A stretch of DNA of 64,000 nt, from assembly GCA_009103225.1 (NCBI GenBank), contig RHPI01000810.1, positions 744,001-808,000 on the forward strand, given 5' to 3'. The DNA comes from Chlorokybus atmophyticus. Its lineage: Eukaryota; Plantae; Mesostigma and Chlorokybus algae. How positions within the stretch are numbered: the stretch's first letter is position 1; the number at the start of each line of letters is the position of its first letter. This document shows positions 61,438-64,000 of the stretch, piece by piece. The notes below the pieces were generated by a model. It saw only the letters and a list, made by a program, of their open reading frames with translations, did no database searches and was not told the DNA's origin. A program made the position numbers and the translations under genes.

Positions 61438-63928
61438 TCAAACGGCTGTTTGGTCTGTGGTAGACTTGTCATCCGTAGCAGCGCTTTCTGAAACACTGCT
61501 TGCGCTCTCTTGCAGAGACAGCGCGATGGCTTTCAGTAGCATCTCGTCCTCGGCTTCACTGCATGTGGGCACGGGTGCAAAGGCCGCCTCCTCGCGAGGT
61601 GTGTCCGCCTTTGCGCTGCTTGCCGACCGCGTGGCACGCAGAGGCCAACCATGTCCCTCGCTAGATTGTGAACGATGACTTGAACTTGCTTCAGAAGCGC
61701 CTCCGGACTCGCCGGCCTCGGCGATCAAGTCATCTGACCCGTCCGAGTCCAGATCGTACAAATCCACGGAGCCGTGCCGGCTCACGCTTGGACTTTGCAA
61801 CTGCGCGAGCTCCCACAACACCTCCTGCTCGATATCCCCGTGCAAAAGACCTGCCACATGCACTTACAGTCAGCTGCGATAACTACTAGGCGCATACATG
61901 TGCATACTTGTATACGCGTGTGTGTGTGCGCGCGCGCGTGGGCGGGTGTGTGGGTGACCCAACATGCTGTAAGGAGGAGATTGAATGCACCAGGGGAAAT
62001 CTTACTTGCTTCGTCAAGTACAGTTGGTGAGTCAAGAGCGTAAGGGCCCATGTCTCGTATGTTGGCGGGCGGCGAGTGGGGCAACGGTAAGTGGTCCGCC
62101 TCCGGCGGGTGCAACGTGTTGTGGAAGAAAATCGTGATGGAGTCGAAGTAGAACGAAGGGCGCGCGCTGTTGTGATCCCCCGGGAAATGTATCATATTCT
62201 TGTCCCCAGCATAAACTTTACATATGTCTGCAGAATGGTGAGGAAGGATGAAGCGGTCGTCGGTCGCATGGCCGAACAAAGCGGGGATGAAACAGTTGGG
62301 TGCTGTCGCTATGCAGTCTAACTTGTTTATATCAAACGCCGCTCTCTGCACAAGAGGACAGATGCTGCAGTTAGGTGATAGAAATACCTTCTCCTGCCAC
62401 TAATCAAGGCATATGCTATGTGCACCAGGCACGCAGTAACAACTGCTCAACAACCTGGGGCCAGACACAAGATGGCATGTGCTTAAGCACATATACATAG
62501 TTTGGCGATAGTGTGCGATCTGCTCTCACCTTAAGTATGGAGCGTCGCATGTAAGCAAGTGCTAACTTGCACATAGCTTTTGGTACGCGCACGTTGTATG
62601 CATCCACCAACTCAAGGACCAAGTCCGTCAAGCGCGAGAACGGACTGCCATGGCCAGAGGTACGTGTCCAGCAAGGCAACAACCAAGCAAATCACACAGA
62701 ACTTAATATGCACGCCTTCATGCATACCTGTCCAGCACCATGCCAGCAATGCCTGGATCGGTGCATCCGTAAAGCAAACTCGTGACCGCACCCATAGAAC
62801 GGCCCCATAGCCCAATATGCGATGTGCGCCCTGTGCTTCTTAAATGCTGCCAACAGAAGCGCGACACACACATCACAACACGTAAAGCGGACGCAAACAC
62901 TGCACAACTATTTTGGCACTCCTGCTCTACCAAACAATCTTGTCAAGCAGTAGTTTCGGTTTGATGTACCTGTACAACGGCTCGGAGGTCTTCTGTTTCG
63001 TGTACCCCCAAGCTGATTGTGTCTCCGCCGGAAAGTCCGGAGCCCGAGAAATCCAGAGTGAAGACGGTGATGTTGGAAGGCAGCAGCACGTACACGGCCT
63101 CATTAGCATCCGCGCGGCAACCACTGTTCCCATGGCAGTACACGACGCATGGCAGCGGCTCATCTACAAAGAAACGAAGACAGCCCTCAACCTAGCCGCT
63201 TTGTGCATTACAAAAACCCAAACAGTCACAGTCGGCGATCCAAGCAGCTAGTTGGTGAGCTTCAACAATGAGTGGCAGCACATAAGCCACACAATGCATG
63301 CCGGATGTAGACACGGCAGCTGCGCAATGGTTCAATGCCTGCATGTCTTTTCTACTTATCTCTCAACATCTCCCCCACTCAGATCAGCAACCACTGGTCA
63401 CAGACCTAGACTTCACAGCATGTCTGCCTAACAGTCAGACACAGTGTTGTGTTGTGTTTCAAGTATACTCAGCCTATACACAAAAGTAAGCACAGGATGC
63501 GCTCTCTCTTTCCTTCCCTCAACGCCCCATTTGCCTGAGCGACTCACTGACTGGGATCTAAGCATGAACCCCATCAGCAAATGCTTGATGTATCAAGTAC
63601 AAGCAATCAGCGATGATAACGAATACACAATCAACACTGTAATTGTTTTGCTGATGATCTGTTGGGTACTTACTAGTGAAAAGTTTTTTGGCTAGAAATA
63701 ATCGCACAAACAACAAGGCGCGTGTGTGTGTTCGCGCCTACCTGGCAGGTCGGCGGGGGTGTAGTGCGAACACTGGAGGGTGTGGCCCCTGGGGTTGGTG
63801 AGCTCCAAGTCCAGCCTCACGAACCGCCGCCCGCGGATGGCGAAGTCCGGGCTGCCGATCAGGTCCCGGGACACCACGTACTCCGCCCTCGGCGGCCGTA
63901 TGACAAAGTTTACGAACTGCTCCAGCAT
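61438..63928 (-). CDS. Alpha/beta hydrolase (plant At4g14290-type), with a C-terminal UIM-like segment
   Basis: NFVIRPPRAEY, PCVVYCHGNSGCRADA, FTLDFSGSGLSGG, IGLWGRSMGAVTSL (nucleophile GxSxG), FGHATDDRFI, GDHNSARP; EDEMLLKAIALSLQE is UIM-like. Confidence 0.92.
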
Positions 63929-64000
63929 GATGATGTGCTGTCTCACTCCCCTCACGCATGGGATGCGACCATCATGCTTACTAGCAGGAATTTATACATG

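Noticed and set aside
63960-63990. GGATGCGACCAT resembling the 5' end of 5S rRNA
   Set aside because: Similarity ends after about 12 nt, and the site is the leader of the hydrolase gene

Overview
Intron-rich eukaryotic nuclear DNA from a green alga or early-diverging plant. This is inferred from the plastid-targeted NhaD, CCB3, Ycf20-like and mTERF genes; the species cannot be determined. The genetic code is standard (TAA, TAG and TGA all end conserved genes). About 15 spliced housekeeping-type genes were reconstructed by hand: NHD1, LPP-epsilon, NIPA/ZC3HC1, CHMP1/VPS46, mitochondrial PDH E2, CCB3, Ycf20-like, a PAP2 phosphatase, a C2-domain protein, a mitochondrial-carrier-family protein, mS38, CCDC86/Cgr1, TMCO1, mTERF and an alpha/beta hydrolase. 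Two accessory zones interrupt them. The first (11.7-22.5 kb) is a decayed spliced gene with a complete but degenerate Ty3/gypsy chromovirus (5-bp TSD CAAGT) in one intron. The second (42.7-49.7 kb) holds an LTR-like insert, a second decayed spliced gene and a CCGTA-type MITE. The standout is a three-exon gene at 31714-33272 that appears to fuse two B-box zinc fingers and a long acidic linker to a divergent histone H3/CENH3-like fold which has lost many DNA-contacting basic residues. Other notable signals are a dispersed GGGGTAG...GCCCGGTGGT motif in gaps between convergent genes, a shared promoter motif CAGTG-NN-TTAAC, and frequent GC-AG introns. All product names come from recalled family motifs, not database searches, and exon boundaries are manual.
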